A program made the position numbers and the translations under genes. A stretch of DNA of 54,892 nucleotides, filler included, from Catajapyx aquilonaris (lineage: Eukaryota), in assembly GCA_000934665.2 (NCBI GenBank). It is 2 parts of 2 records of this genome, joined end to end, with 100 filler letters (N's around TTAATTAATTAA, not from the genome) between each part and the next. Parts side by side here need not be neighbours in the genome. Positions count along the whole stretch, not along the records: positions 27,558 to 54,892 come from JYFJ02005072.1; 1 more part is not named here. The stretch is one strand, 5' to 3'. Below are positions 38,336-50,492 of the stretch, piece after piece. A model generated the notes under the pieces. That model was given only the letters and a program-made list of their open reading frames with translations. It was not told where the DNA came from and made no database searches. Numbering within the stretch: the first letter of the stretch is position 1; each line of letters starts with the position of its first letter.

Positions 38336-40011
38336 ATGGAACGTGTCTGGTGGATAGGACGTACTGGGGTGGTCATCATTTTGCTGCTGACCTGGATTGA
38401 CCCGGGGGCAGCGTGGCGGCTTTGGGGGGGAGACTCGACCCACCCATTATGTACCAGTGAATGCAGGTATGTCCTTGCACTTGATTCAGTTGCGTATAAT
38501 AACATGTAACTGCCAGTGTAGAGTTGTAATAACACGTTTGTATGCACAGATGTGACACGGACGCCATTGCCGACTGCACTCGATTGAACTTAACCGAAAT
38601 TTCCATGGGTACATCGGTGCCAGCAGACATCACAACGTTGGACCTGACCGGAAACAAAATAACGGAAATTAAGGGAGACACCTGGGGTGATGTGAAGAGT
38701 TTGGTAGAATTGCGTCTGGCCAGGAACCGAATAAGTACTGTTGGTTTCAAGGGCTTCTCAAGTCTTCTCAGGTTGGACCTGAGCAGTAATATGCTGCAAG
38801 AGCTGTCTGAAGACATGCTGAGCGGCCTACAAGACTTGGAGGAGCTGAACTTGGGATATAATACCTTACTGAAGATGCCTAGTGGTGATGTCTTGCGCAA
38901 AAGTTTTCCAAAACTGTCTGCCCTTGGCTTGGCTTCTGTTGACCTGAGCACGGCGGTCAGTGCTGACCCGGCATTCTTTTCCTCCATGCCTTCATTACGC
39001 AAGCTCGACCTGACCAATTGCAGTCTGACCTCTTTACCTGACACTCTTTTCAATGATACCATTTACCTTGAAGAACTTATCTTAACCTTGAACCCACTGA
39101 CCGCAGTTCCATCATCAGCCCTCATCGCCCCATCACTCCGTATCCTAGACCTGTCCAGAACCGACCTTGTGTCTCTGGATTCCCACGTCTTCCATGGACT
39201 CTTCCATCTTCAGGAACTTCGCCTGGAACACTTGCTGAAGCTCGAAAAGGTGTCCGACATGGCCTTTGCTGACCTAGAATCCTTGGAAATTCTTAACCTC
39301 CATGGAAATCCCCAACTCTCCTACATCTCCGAAAGGGCCTTTCATTCCTACCGAACCGGACATAAGACTCCAGGAGTCGGTACCACCGGTCCTCAACTCC
39401 GAACTCTCCAGCTTTCCATGAACAACTTGAAAAGTCTTCCCCCTAACCTGATCCCCTGTTGGAACACCCTGGAGACATTGGATCTTCAGGAGAATCCCTG
39501 GGCATGCGACGACTGCACGACCATCTCCTTCCTGCAGAGGCTTCGTCGACAAGCAGACCACCCCACAGTTGTAGGCGGCATCAACTGCACCGATTCCTCC
39601 GGTTCCAAGTTCTCCGACAGAGTGGTGGCCAACAACAAAGAAGCTCTTTGCGTCACTCCTCATCAAGTATCTGAGAGCCAGTTGCTGAAGTTGACCTCGA
39701 CGGAACTCCAGTCAATTCATGCGGGTGTAAAATGCACATCGTCCAAGATGCCTTCCAGACCTGGCTCGGTGTCCAAGGGAGTTCTTCTAGGATTGGGTTC
39801 AGCGGGGCTTTTTCTGGCATTGTTGGTGATGGGATGCTTGGCTTACCGTGCTCTTCGTTCCTCATGCGTGAAGCCTCCTGGTGGATTCTTCGGATGTTGC
39901 ACTAATAATGCTTCCACTTCTTCGGCCGGTTTGGAGGGATACGTACGCATCCGAAATTCCAAGAACCGGATTGACCTGGAGTGGGACAATCGCGATATGG
40001 GCCTTAATTAA
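38336..40011 (+). CDS. Type I membrane leucine-rich-repeat protein (signal peptide, LRRNT, about 10 LRRs, LRRCT, TM, short tail; ~530 aa)
   Basis: Exon 38336-38466 (MERVWWIGRTGVVIILLLTWIDPGAA...CTSEC) splices in phase 2 to exon 38550-40011. The protein has LxxLxLxxN repeats, an NPWACDDC LRRCT cap and the TM segment GVLLGLGSAGLFLALLVMGCLAY. AATAAA near 40152 and 40277. Confidence 0.92.
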
Positions 40012-43000
40012 TCAAGTCAGTATAAGCATGAGCATTGCGTTCACCTTATTCATGTGCTTTCAAGTGGATAGCACGCTTCATGGTCACTGGCTACACTTTC
40101 TATTTGATACAAGAAGGAAATAATACAGAAATCAGTGAGCATATGAATGAGTGAGTAATACGCGATTTGTTGAATAAAATCACCAGTTCTTAGTCAGGTT
40201 TGCATTCTTTGCTGTTGTAGGATATTCGTTTTTGACGACTGATATGACCAAGCCCTCCTAATAGTCACTATACTGAATAAATTATACGTTTGTTCAAACA
40301 CTGTTTTTTTTGCTTTAATTAATCACCAAATCGGTTAAAGAAACCATGCGCTTGTAAAGTTAAATAAAATGACAAAAAGATGTTATTTTTATACAAGCTA
40401 CTTCATCATGATTCAGAAAAATTCTGAAGGATGAACTCTTGGGCACCTGTTGGTCTTCGCAGCATTCGTCACCAAGATTATGGGTAGGCATATCAAACCC
40501 AAGGTATAAAATTGCCAGGTATGCATCCTAGGTAAATGTTCCTGTGGTCTACGTTGCCTTTTTATTTAATATTTAGGTCGTAGTACACAAGGCGATGTAA
40601 TTGTCGTATGCTCTATCTTCATTGAAGTAGACGGTTTAATGCAATAAATAATGCAAGCAACATAATGAAGTTTTTAAAAAATACTTATTATGAAAGGCCC
40701 AGTATATTTTCATATTTGCAAGAGCTGTGCTGATTTTTTAAAAAAATCAGTGCCAGATGAAATGTAGCCTTTTCACACAAATACAGATAATACAGAGATA
40801 GCCTATAATTTATCATGATAACCGAGGCCATTGGGTTACGGCCTTATGAACATGCGCTTCACCTTTTCTTGAGATGCCAATTTGCACTGTGCAAGTAGAC
40901 TACTCACAATTAAAAACTTACTGTTAACGTCCACTCGTAACTAAGATTTCTGCATGTATATTATTATTACTGAACTATTGGACCAAATTGAAGCTTGTAA
41001 TCGTATTCCACGATGTTTCTCGGTGCCCAACACTTCCGAAGAGTAATCTCCTTATGACTGTATTTACCACAAGTATTTTGAGACCTGTGTACAAAGCAAT
41101 ATGCTATTATTTGGACGATATTCTTAATTTTGAATGCCCGCCTGAACTACCCTGCTAAAAGCTAAAGGGGCAACCAGCGCCATCTCTCAGCCATTTGTTA
41201 AAGCAGAAAATGTACACCAGTATCTAACAAGTAAGCCAGTGCTGCCCACTCATAATAATGAGGGAACCTTGTTCGTATTATTACATCCTTGCTTAAATTT
41301 GCCGACAGATGATGCCAGGGTCAATATTCCACTCCAACTCGTTTCCCTCTGGAATACCCCGTTACCTACCCATCGTACCGACCCTAAAGTATCTTGATAA
41401 TTAGAAATTATATAAGCTTAAATATTACAGTCAAAAACAGTTTTATACAGCCACTTGCCTTTTGACAGTACATGTCTGTGTAAGCCTTATTTCGATATAT
41501 CAATTTTGTCAAATGTACAAATTCTGATTTAGAACTTTGAACGACACACTGGTTGTGTCAGCCTTTGTAAAAGCTGTGGGCCCGGTCTTTTATTTCTTGC
41601 ACCAATTTGTCAATTATTAGGGCTGTGTGCACCAAAATCGGTAGGCTAAATGGCATACAAGCCCTGTTGCACCACTAAAGGTAAATGGTGCACCCAGAAT
41701 TCACGGGATGTTATTTGCTGTCGATAAATGGTTTCTAACAATGAATATAACAACAATTAAACCCTGGGTACGAGCCATATAGGCCGAATCGGCTGGTAGG
41801 GGGTATTTTATATGGGCGGTAGCGCCTAAGTAAGACCGTACAACAATTTCAACAATGATTTTTTTCAACATCTTCTTCTTCTTCTTGTTGTTGTTGTAGT
41901 TGTTACGCTTTTTTATATATATAAAACAGGTAGTGTTAGGCTCCAGAGAAACTGGCCATAACGATGGAGTCAGGAGTATAATAAAGGAAAGATCACAAAA
42001 AAATCCAGCCAGTAATTGAAACCGCGAACAGGCCTGTTCCACCAACACATGACACGCACAGTATGCGGGTGTCCTGCTTAAGTAGTACGCCATGCGTGTG
42101 TCCACCAACGACAGGAAGTCTGCTGATTTTCCCCGTTATCAGGGAAACTGCACGTCCCTGCTGTCCGTCGGATGTGGATAATGCTCCAGAAGGAGGTGAC
42201 AATAGTGATCAGCCCCCGAATTGGAAGGACTCTGATCACTCCTATTATTCCTCCATTCAATCACTCATCAGGCTGGATCACCCCTTTAGAGAGACAGAGA
42301 GCAGCAGACACAAGGGGGGTGAGGCGGGAAAGGGCAACCTCCCATTCCAAGCAGGACGCATATTAGAGAGCAAGTCTCTATCGCGGTGCCTTTGTCACTG
42401 GATAGCCTTCCCCACCCACCCCCAGCCCGTACCTCATCACCCCATGCAGGCAGACCAAGCACACGATAGGGGCAGCATGCAGCAGCAGGCGGACAGACTA
42501 TCTCTGGCTGGCGACTAATTGGGCCTAATTGGACCCTGCCTGCCCTTTCATTACTCCCGTCTCGGGTGATCGCTGATCACCCACCCAATGCAAAGCGGAA
42601 CGTACACGACAGCCAGTCTGGCAGCCAGGCACCCAGCCAACACTAATGCACATTCCACCTTTTCACCCTCAGTTATATCGCTATTATTTTGTTTGTTTAC
42701 AATACACGCTAATGCTTAAAACGTACAACAAACAACAAATTTGTAATCCGTGATTAAATCAACAAATTCGGCCGACACTAATAAGCGGACCCGGTTTTAC
42801 AGCCATAAACGTACGTTCACATTGGGCGCCAAGATTTGCATAACTGGCCGTAAAAAGCTTCGGATACGCCACACCTCTTCTAATCTTGGAAGCTGAAAGT
42901 ACTCGGGGTCGCCCAATAATGTGCGAGTTAATCCCCGCAGCAGTAAAACAAGCCCAAACCCCCCACACGGCAGATGAATAAAGAACGTAAGTATAATCTC

Positions 43001-46000
43001 CGGAGCGCAAATCCGGCAGAAGATGGCTGCGAATTATGACAGCCCCCCCTCCTCTCCTAGTGTTATTGCAGCGGCCGGACCTAGACAGGACCAGTCCAAC
43101 CGAGCACTGACTTATAGAAATTGCCCATCTATCCTGACCAGCTAGCTTCCCATCATACAGCCAGCAGCCGGGGGCCTGGTAAGTAGTGTGCAGAATAAAC
43201 ACGGGGGCCAGCTCGCTTCTTCAGGAGGCAGCACAAACACCGGGGCCAATCCGGGCTTAAAAGGCAGCGCGCCCAAATATTAGTTCTGCACCCCCACCCA
43301 GTCCAACCCCCCCTCACCACCCAACAGTCCCCGGCTGGCTCTATCTCACTTTTCCTCATCTCCCTCCCAGCACCCCCCTCGATTTTTTTTTTTTTNTTTT
43401 TTTTTTTTTGCGGTACATCCAGCACCTTGCAAATTCAGCAGCAACGTAATGACAGAAGCGGTCCGGGTACTTTAATCCTAATCATTAGCACTAAGCTGTG
43501 TAGGGAAGGGGAGAGACCAGCAGTTTTTTTTTCTAAAAAAAGGGGGGGGGGAGGGGTAGCATCAGGCAACAAGACAGTAGTGCAGTAGATAGAGCGAATA
43601 AGTGGTAGTTTATATAGTGGAATATGGCAGCAGCATCCCCACCTTTTCCGCAGTGCTAATGCGCTAAGCCTCTCAGAGTTGGCCTCCTTTCACAAATGGG
43701 ATTCGATCCGCTGGCACCACCAGATGAAATCCTCTTTCTCTCTCGCTCACTCTCTCTCTCACTCGCCNCCCCCCCTCCTCCTGCCTCCAGAAGGTTGCAA
43801 TCTGCTCACACTAAGCCTAGCACGCCTGACATCCCTGCTGTATTGCCCCCTCACATGCTGACAAACTAGAAAGTGGTGGGCTATCGATATGTACTGTAAC
43901 ATCCTGTAGAGTGCAGTGGGAGGAAAAGGGGGTGTACCCTAGACGTATGCCGCATGCGGTCCCATGTATACATATGCATAGGACCCAGGAGCTTTGCATG
44001 CAGACGTGTGCTAACGAGGCTGAGCGAGTGGCTGCTTCTTTTGCCTTGCATTAGCGGTCCTAAAGGATTACCACAAGCCCCCCCACCGTTGGCTGGAATT
44101 TTTTAGGGGGGTGACCAGGGTGCCCTCTGATTGATTCAGTAGTTGCTTAAATAAAGGTCACTACCCGGATTATTACAAAAATATAATAATAGTTATGCAG
44201 GCGTGACCGTTCGGTGCACTGGTTACTGGGTATTGTTGCTAGACGAAGAGTGACAGCGGCATTCAACATGGTTGGGGAGGGGAGAATTATGGGAGAATTG
44301 AGCATTGGCAGGGGGGAATCAATCGCCTCTGGCTGCCTGCCTATACACATACCTACAATACTGTCGATAAGAGGAAGGAGGGGGAGGACCAGATTGACAG
44401 AAATCCGTGGGAAAAGGGTCTCTTGCGGAGGGGTACCAGAAACATGTCGCCAGTGCGTCAATCAGTCAACAAGCAGGGTTTGAAGGGTCTGGACTGCCTT
44501 GAAGGTGACATCCAATCGTGTGTTTAGCTCTCGAGAGGCGATAATTACACCGGTGTGTCTATAATGCAGAAACGTGGCTGGTTGAAGAGGTGGGAAGTTG
44601 CTGCATAGCAACAAGAGGACATCAGCCACCAGCTGGGATCCTTTCCCAATAGAAAAGCAGAAGTCGTCATCCCGCTCAGACATCTCAAAGGCGTTTATTT
44701 TGGGTAGAGCCAAGACACTCGGATCCAGTGTCGGCGCCGATTGTATTTCCGAGTCAGACTCCTTCTAACTGAAGAGAAACATTTGGTCCAGCCAGACAGC
44801 CAGTGTATGTTGGCCGTGTCGACGTCTCACACCCTGTTACACAATCGGTAAATTTTTAGCAACCACGAGGTCACACCCTACAAATGGAGCCATCACTAAT
44901 TACTCTGAGTGAAAAATTCCCAATATTACGTCAGACGCACACGCAATAAGGAAAAAGCACTGGTAAGGCAACGCAGTGGCATTTCCTGGCATTATCAAAG
45001 AAAAGCGGCGGTAAAAAAAAGGCAATGAAGCGACGTAGAGAGGTAACAAGATGGATGATCCAGCCCGTGGCTTTCCTCCTTTCGGAGTCCCCAGCAAAAG
45101 AGCCGACCGACAGCAACCAAGCTGAGAAAAATGCCTTTACAAGACCCCTTCTGAAATAATGCTTTTTTCCTCCCATATATAGAGTCAATCTCTGGGCTCA
45201 TAGTCATTGTGCAATTTGAACAAACACAGGCAGTCAGATTACGGAATCTTGATTGGATTTGCTTTTTTAAAACCGTTCTTTTCGACTCGTAAATCAAGGA
45301 GCCTGTTAGAAATGTAAGAAACTGGTTGCGACTGGACATGTTTGTCTGTAGAAATCGATAGATCGATATGACTGCAGGGAAGACAATCGATGGATACATA
45401 CCGGGATGCAAAAGAGTCAGTATTGTGATGCAACCATGTGTGATGGTGCAGTGAATATGGGAGAAGAGGGGGGGGGGGGGAAGTTATGCATCAATATGAA
45501 ATCAGAAGAGGGGAGAGCTGGACGTGAGGTTGGCAAGTCCCATGTCGGTGTGTCGAGTACGCATCAGCAACATCGACGGCGGCGGTGGCGGCCTTATACA
45601 TTCCTTGATGGACACGAGCACCGGCGCGGAAGAATCGCAGATGAAAAGAAAATTTCCATTTTCCATTCCCCGTCGCTGACTCAATTTTCACGCCTATTTT
45701 CCAAGATGTGATTTCCATTTGTTTTGCTAAGTGCGATCACAGGGGATTTGAGACGCAATTATTTTCACCACCATTGGGCTGATTTCAATTTGAAATCCCA
45801 GTCGGCGGGGCAGGCTGCCACTCAACATCAGCGCAAGCCCTTCTCAAGAATAAGTGCGCCACCGGGACTCAAATCACTTCATAATCAAATCTCGCAGGCC
45901 TGCACACTTTTGTCGCCATACTTTTTCCACCCCTGGCACAGCAGAAGCAGTAGAGAGTCAGCCAGCCAGCAACTACTAACTTCTCTTCTTCTATTTGAAG

Positions 46001-46495
46001 CTATATACATAATGCCATCTACAAGCTGCCTGATTGTATAGATGCGGTTTTTTTAATTCCATCCCAAGTTATAATCAGGCACTCTCTTATTATACGATAG
46101 GATTTATGCCACGTCCTGGCTCATCAGGTTTATTGTCAATCAGGGACAGATATGGGAAAATAGGGCGCGTCTAATCATGTATTTTGAGATGGAAGAGGGT
46201 TTTGCGGATAACAGAAGGAGGAGCAATAACCCCTTTAAATAGTGAAAACACATTGGCGAAATTGAAAGCTTCTGAAAGAATATTTCAGTGCAATTATAGG
46301 TGAAAAGTTTCAATAAGTGGAAAGTGCAGTGATTAACGCTTCTAATTTGAGGAAAGTGATTAAAATTATCGGATCTTGGTTTCTGGCGGAAGAGGCCTAG
46401 TGAAAATCCAGTATTAGAGCGTAGGAGAGAGCGAGAGAGAACAGGTGACCATCCGGCTCCTTCCATGGTCTTTTTCCCCCAGCTGTCCATTTAGT

Positions 46496-47239
46496 TAGGG
46501 CTATTCAACTGGCGCTGGCGGTCCGTGGTTCGCATCCGGACCGCTGCGCAATTTTGTCCTGACCGCCACGATATACATCTACATAATTATCATAAATGGA
46601 AAAATGTTGAAACATGTCCTGCCTATAAATAGGCCTTTACCCTTGCTGCATCACACGTTTTCACTTACAAGAAATGACCCCTGCTTGAACGGACCCCCCT
46701 TCGTTCGTAGGAAAGGGGTACGCTAGAAATCCCATATGGGATCAATTTACTGGCTCACTACTGGGAAAGGACGGAAACTATTAGCCGAATTTCCTTTCCC
46801 TAATTTTTCCCATATTTTGGTTCTATACACTGGGACTTCTTAGAGCAGATAGTGGCTGGTTTTCCAGTGGTTCAGCTCTTGTGTGGTGTGAGTCGAAAGG
46901 GTAGTTTGGAGGACCCTGGAAGAATAGGAGGAAAGTTGACGCAGGGGATAGGATCAAAAAATAAATACCGAAGCAATTTGTCACAAGACCATTTGGAAGC
47001 CTGCCTGTAAATTGTCACAACTTTGCACACACCAGATTTCGCGAAGTAGGTTGATGCGGACGAAAAGTGCAACATTTTCTCACTGAAGTGTTACGTGAAT
47101 TTGTGAAGTAGGGAAGATCGCTGGTTTTTTTGTTTTTGTTTTTTGTGGGGTTGGAGGGGGGGGGGGGTACGCTCCGGACCTTCATTGGTCTCGGAGAGGT
47201 AAACCCTGGACCTTGTCATACACCAGTTGAATATTTTGA
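46496..47239. mobile_element. Degenerate hAT-like MITE
   Basis: The left end TAGGGCTATTCAACTGG and the right end CCAGTTGAATA are inverted, and subterminal GGACC/GGTCC motifs recur. No TSD could be recovered. Confidence 0.45.
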
Positions 47240-50129
47240 GTATGAAGAACGCTGCAGCAGATTATAGTATCTATTATTGTACAAAAGCATCATGCTTGTA
47301 TGAAATATTGTATGACATATTGGACATTTGTATATCGGAGGGTCATTATAATGTATTATTACTCTTCAGTTTCTGTTCACTTGATTATATCATCACTTAC
47401 AAAAATACCAAATTCTCTTTGTGAAGAAACAACTTCATTCTCAGCTCTTTATAAATGTCAAGTGTACTACTCGAGTAAAAATATATAGTAAGCTTCCAAT
47501 ACAGAAATGGGGCCTTTTACTCCCAATAGGAACTGAAGTACTTTTTCTCATATAACGTTTTGTTGTTTTACAACAATTCCTTTGCTTAACAGCATATTGT
47601 AATGGCTCCATAAAAACTTATTGTAACTTATCACATTGTCTCACACTCTGCAATTTGTTAAATGGTACAGCACACAAAAATAATGTTATTAGCCTACACA
47701 CCTATTTGATTACACAGTCATGCAGTAATACCGTTGCAGCATGAAAGTGCGGTGCAAAGAGTAGCCTGTATAAGTTACACAATGCTGTGCAAAATTGGCG
47801 CTATTAGATTTCTTGTGATACTCCAAGAGACAATCCTATATACCAAATAAAGTGAGAAGTAAAATATAAGCATAAGATATAAGATGTGTGGGACATTTAT
47901 TGTGATTAAAGAACTGATGATTTTGGTATACATATAGTGCCTATACTATAGTGCCATAGAGTGGCTAAGTTACTAGAAAAGTTAAAGCTGGAATTGCAAA
48001 CAAAAGGCGCTCAGATAAGCTATAAGGGCCAGCAGGCTTAAGAATTTCAGTGCTAATTTTCTAAGTTTCAAATGACCACAGAAAGCGCTATTTGCTGCAG
48101 TATAGGAACCTACAATAATTTCTATATCAATTATTATGAACTTGGTAGATAAGAACCAGTTTTACTGAGTCGCCCATATATACAGTCGCTAACACTAATA
48201 CTGGTCGTATTTAATGACCATGATAATTGCATGCTATACTGCTTGCATGTTGTATTACCCTATTATTTTGAAGACATGTCACGTCACAAAACCGATATAA
48301 CATTATGCATTTGTGCATTCATCAAATTCATTACATCAGTGTTCGAAAAGATTATGTGACTTTAAACACATTTTTGCATTTGCAAATACCACAAATATTA
48401 AAATTATTGTAGGGTTCTAGCTTCTGTGGCCATCTGAAATTTGACAAATAAAATTGTAATTTCTGAAAACTCGGGCCCCTTTTTATAATTTTCTCCAAAT
48501 ACTGTATAATACCACATGCTAGCTGAGGTCAATTTTACAGGAAGCAAGTATATAGGCTTAAACTATTTCTGACATAATGTCTGGATGGGTTCTTATGGTA
48601 TATGGGACACTTTTCTCTCCAGAATATCTGCCACGAATAGGGTTTTGATTTATTATAAAGTGGTCACAGGTTAGCTCAAGTCTTCAGCTATACTCATAGA
48701 TGCTGTCATCTCGTTTTGGGCACTTACATGAATATGCGGTTCTTCCTAGAAAGATTCTCCTTCTCTGATCATTTAAAAAATAATAATCACCTAACCACAA
48801 ATTGAGAATGGTGACGTATATTCCAAAGAAGTCTTCTCAAGTGTCGTAGGTAACCTGAGTTTACGTGAGTATACATGGTAATACCATGGATTAGTGGGAA
48901 TATATCTAGCTCGGTAACATGCGCATATTGCTTTAATCATCATACAGGGTGTTTCTTACTACAGTAGTAGGTCATCCGGAAGTCAGCTTATTCCTTGGCC
49001 CAAAACAAGTCGAAAATGTAGGGGCGAGAAATGTCGAGAGACCAACCGATGATGAGGAAGACGGCCTGACACAGTGGCTGCCCCTAGACACGCACGGCAA
49101 CACGCACGGCACCTTTTTGTAGGGGCTATCCCCTGGCAGATGGACTCACTCGCCTTATGATAAATAGGATTTTGCGAGGTCTCCTTTTTCGCTTGTAAAT
49201 GATATTTATCTTCAGCCTATAAGTCGGACCGACCTGTGAACAAAAGAGTCACATGGGTTGCTCTGATTAGTTAGGATAAATATAATACCGCATTATAGGG
49301 TACCGGTAAATCCATGTCAACTTGATCACTTTCGAAGGAAAAATCACAACCCACGCCGCGATCACGCCAAGGGCCGACAGGGTGTGCCAAAAATTAACCA
49401 TTCAACAATACATTGATTCCAAATGGTTAAGACTCTGTATAGCACTTTATTACTGCAGCATCGCATATTTATCAGATCCGTATATAGGTGCCGGCGAATC
49501 TTATTGGAAATATGTATACTTCTTTTTTTTTGGACCAATGAAGCACAAAACTGTCACAAATATGCAGAAATATGACATCATCAACATTCCACTTTTCTTC
49601 AGAGCTTTCCGAGGAAATGGCGAACCTCGTGGACGCCAAAGTGTAGAAACCGCAGTGCTAGACGACTCTATATTCCCACCGGCTTCGAAGTACTAATTAA
49701 TTGCAGGTGGCCACAATCACAGACGAAAGCAACAATGTTTTCAATTAACAAAGTATAGTGTGAAATTAATTCCGGCGGCGGCTCAGCTCCCGATGGATTC
49801 GCGACTTGCGCTTGCAATTGCGGGAAAGCCAACTAACTAACTCTTCCGCGATAATTGCCTGCAATTAACTCGCACTCTTTGGGGAAATTCCTCCGCCGCA
49901 CTTTTGTTCACTTGACTCACTCGCCCGCAACTTTCATGCGCTGCATGCATATATATGCACGTCTTTATTCTCACACAAACCGACACGCATGCCAATATCC
50001 ATCGAAACCTCATACAATAAAGTGCACAACAATACCGATTGGTAGTGATAGCTGATAGGTGCTGACAGCTTTGCATTATTAAAATATCCTTCGTTGCCTT
50101 GTAAATAATAATTTATTTATAACCATGGT

Positions 50130-50492
50130 CAGGGAGCATACACTACATAAGAGGCGCAAACTTCTGTCGGCGCCTTTGATGTTCGCGTCTCTCTGTTTGG
50201 GTCCGTTGCCAAGGCTGGCGGCCATCTTGAAGTGGGGGGAACGCCAACGAGGTATAAATAGGGTACAGGCAAAAATATGGTCCGCCATCTTTGATGGTTT
50301 TGGCGGCCATGGCAACTACACGGCAAGAACACGCGCGAATCAAAGATGGGGACCCTATTTTTGCCTGTACCCTATTTATACCTCGTTGGCGTTCCCCACA
50401 CTTCAAGATGGCCGGCAACCTTGGCAACGCCCCAAACAGAGAGACGTGGAAATTGAATGTTTGCGCCTCTTATGTATAGTATATGCTCCCTG
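50130..50492. mobile_element. Palindromic MITE (P/hAT-type CAGGG...CCCTG ends, 7-bp TSD)
   Basis: Arms 50130-~50295 and ~50339-50492 are reverse complements. CCATGGT is duplicated at 50123-50129 and 50493-50499. Confidence 0.87.

Noticed and set aside
44462..44713. Candidate missing MCTP C2A exon (RDDDF)
   Set aside because: The flanking residues do not fit a C2 domain (no DDFMG context), and there are no convincing splice sites.
48500..48870. Possible decayed piggyBac transposase C-terminus (minus strand)
   Set aside because: Only a vague His/Cys pattern across stops and frameshifts. It needs a translated HMM search.
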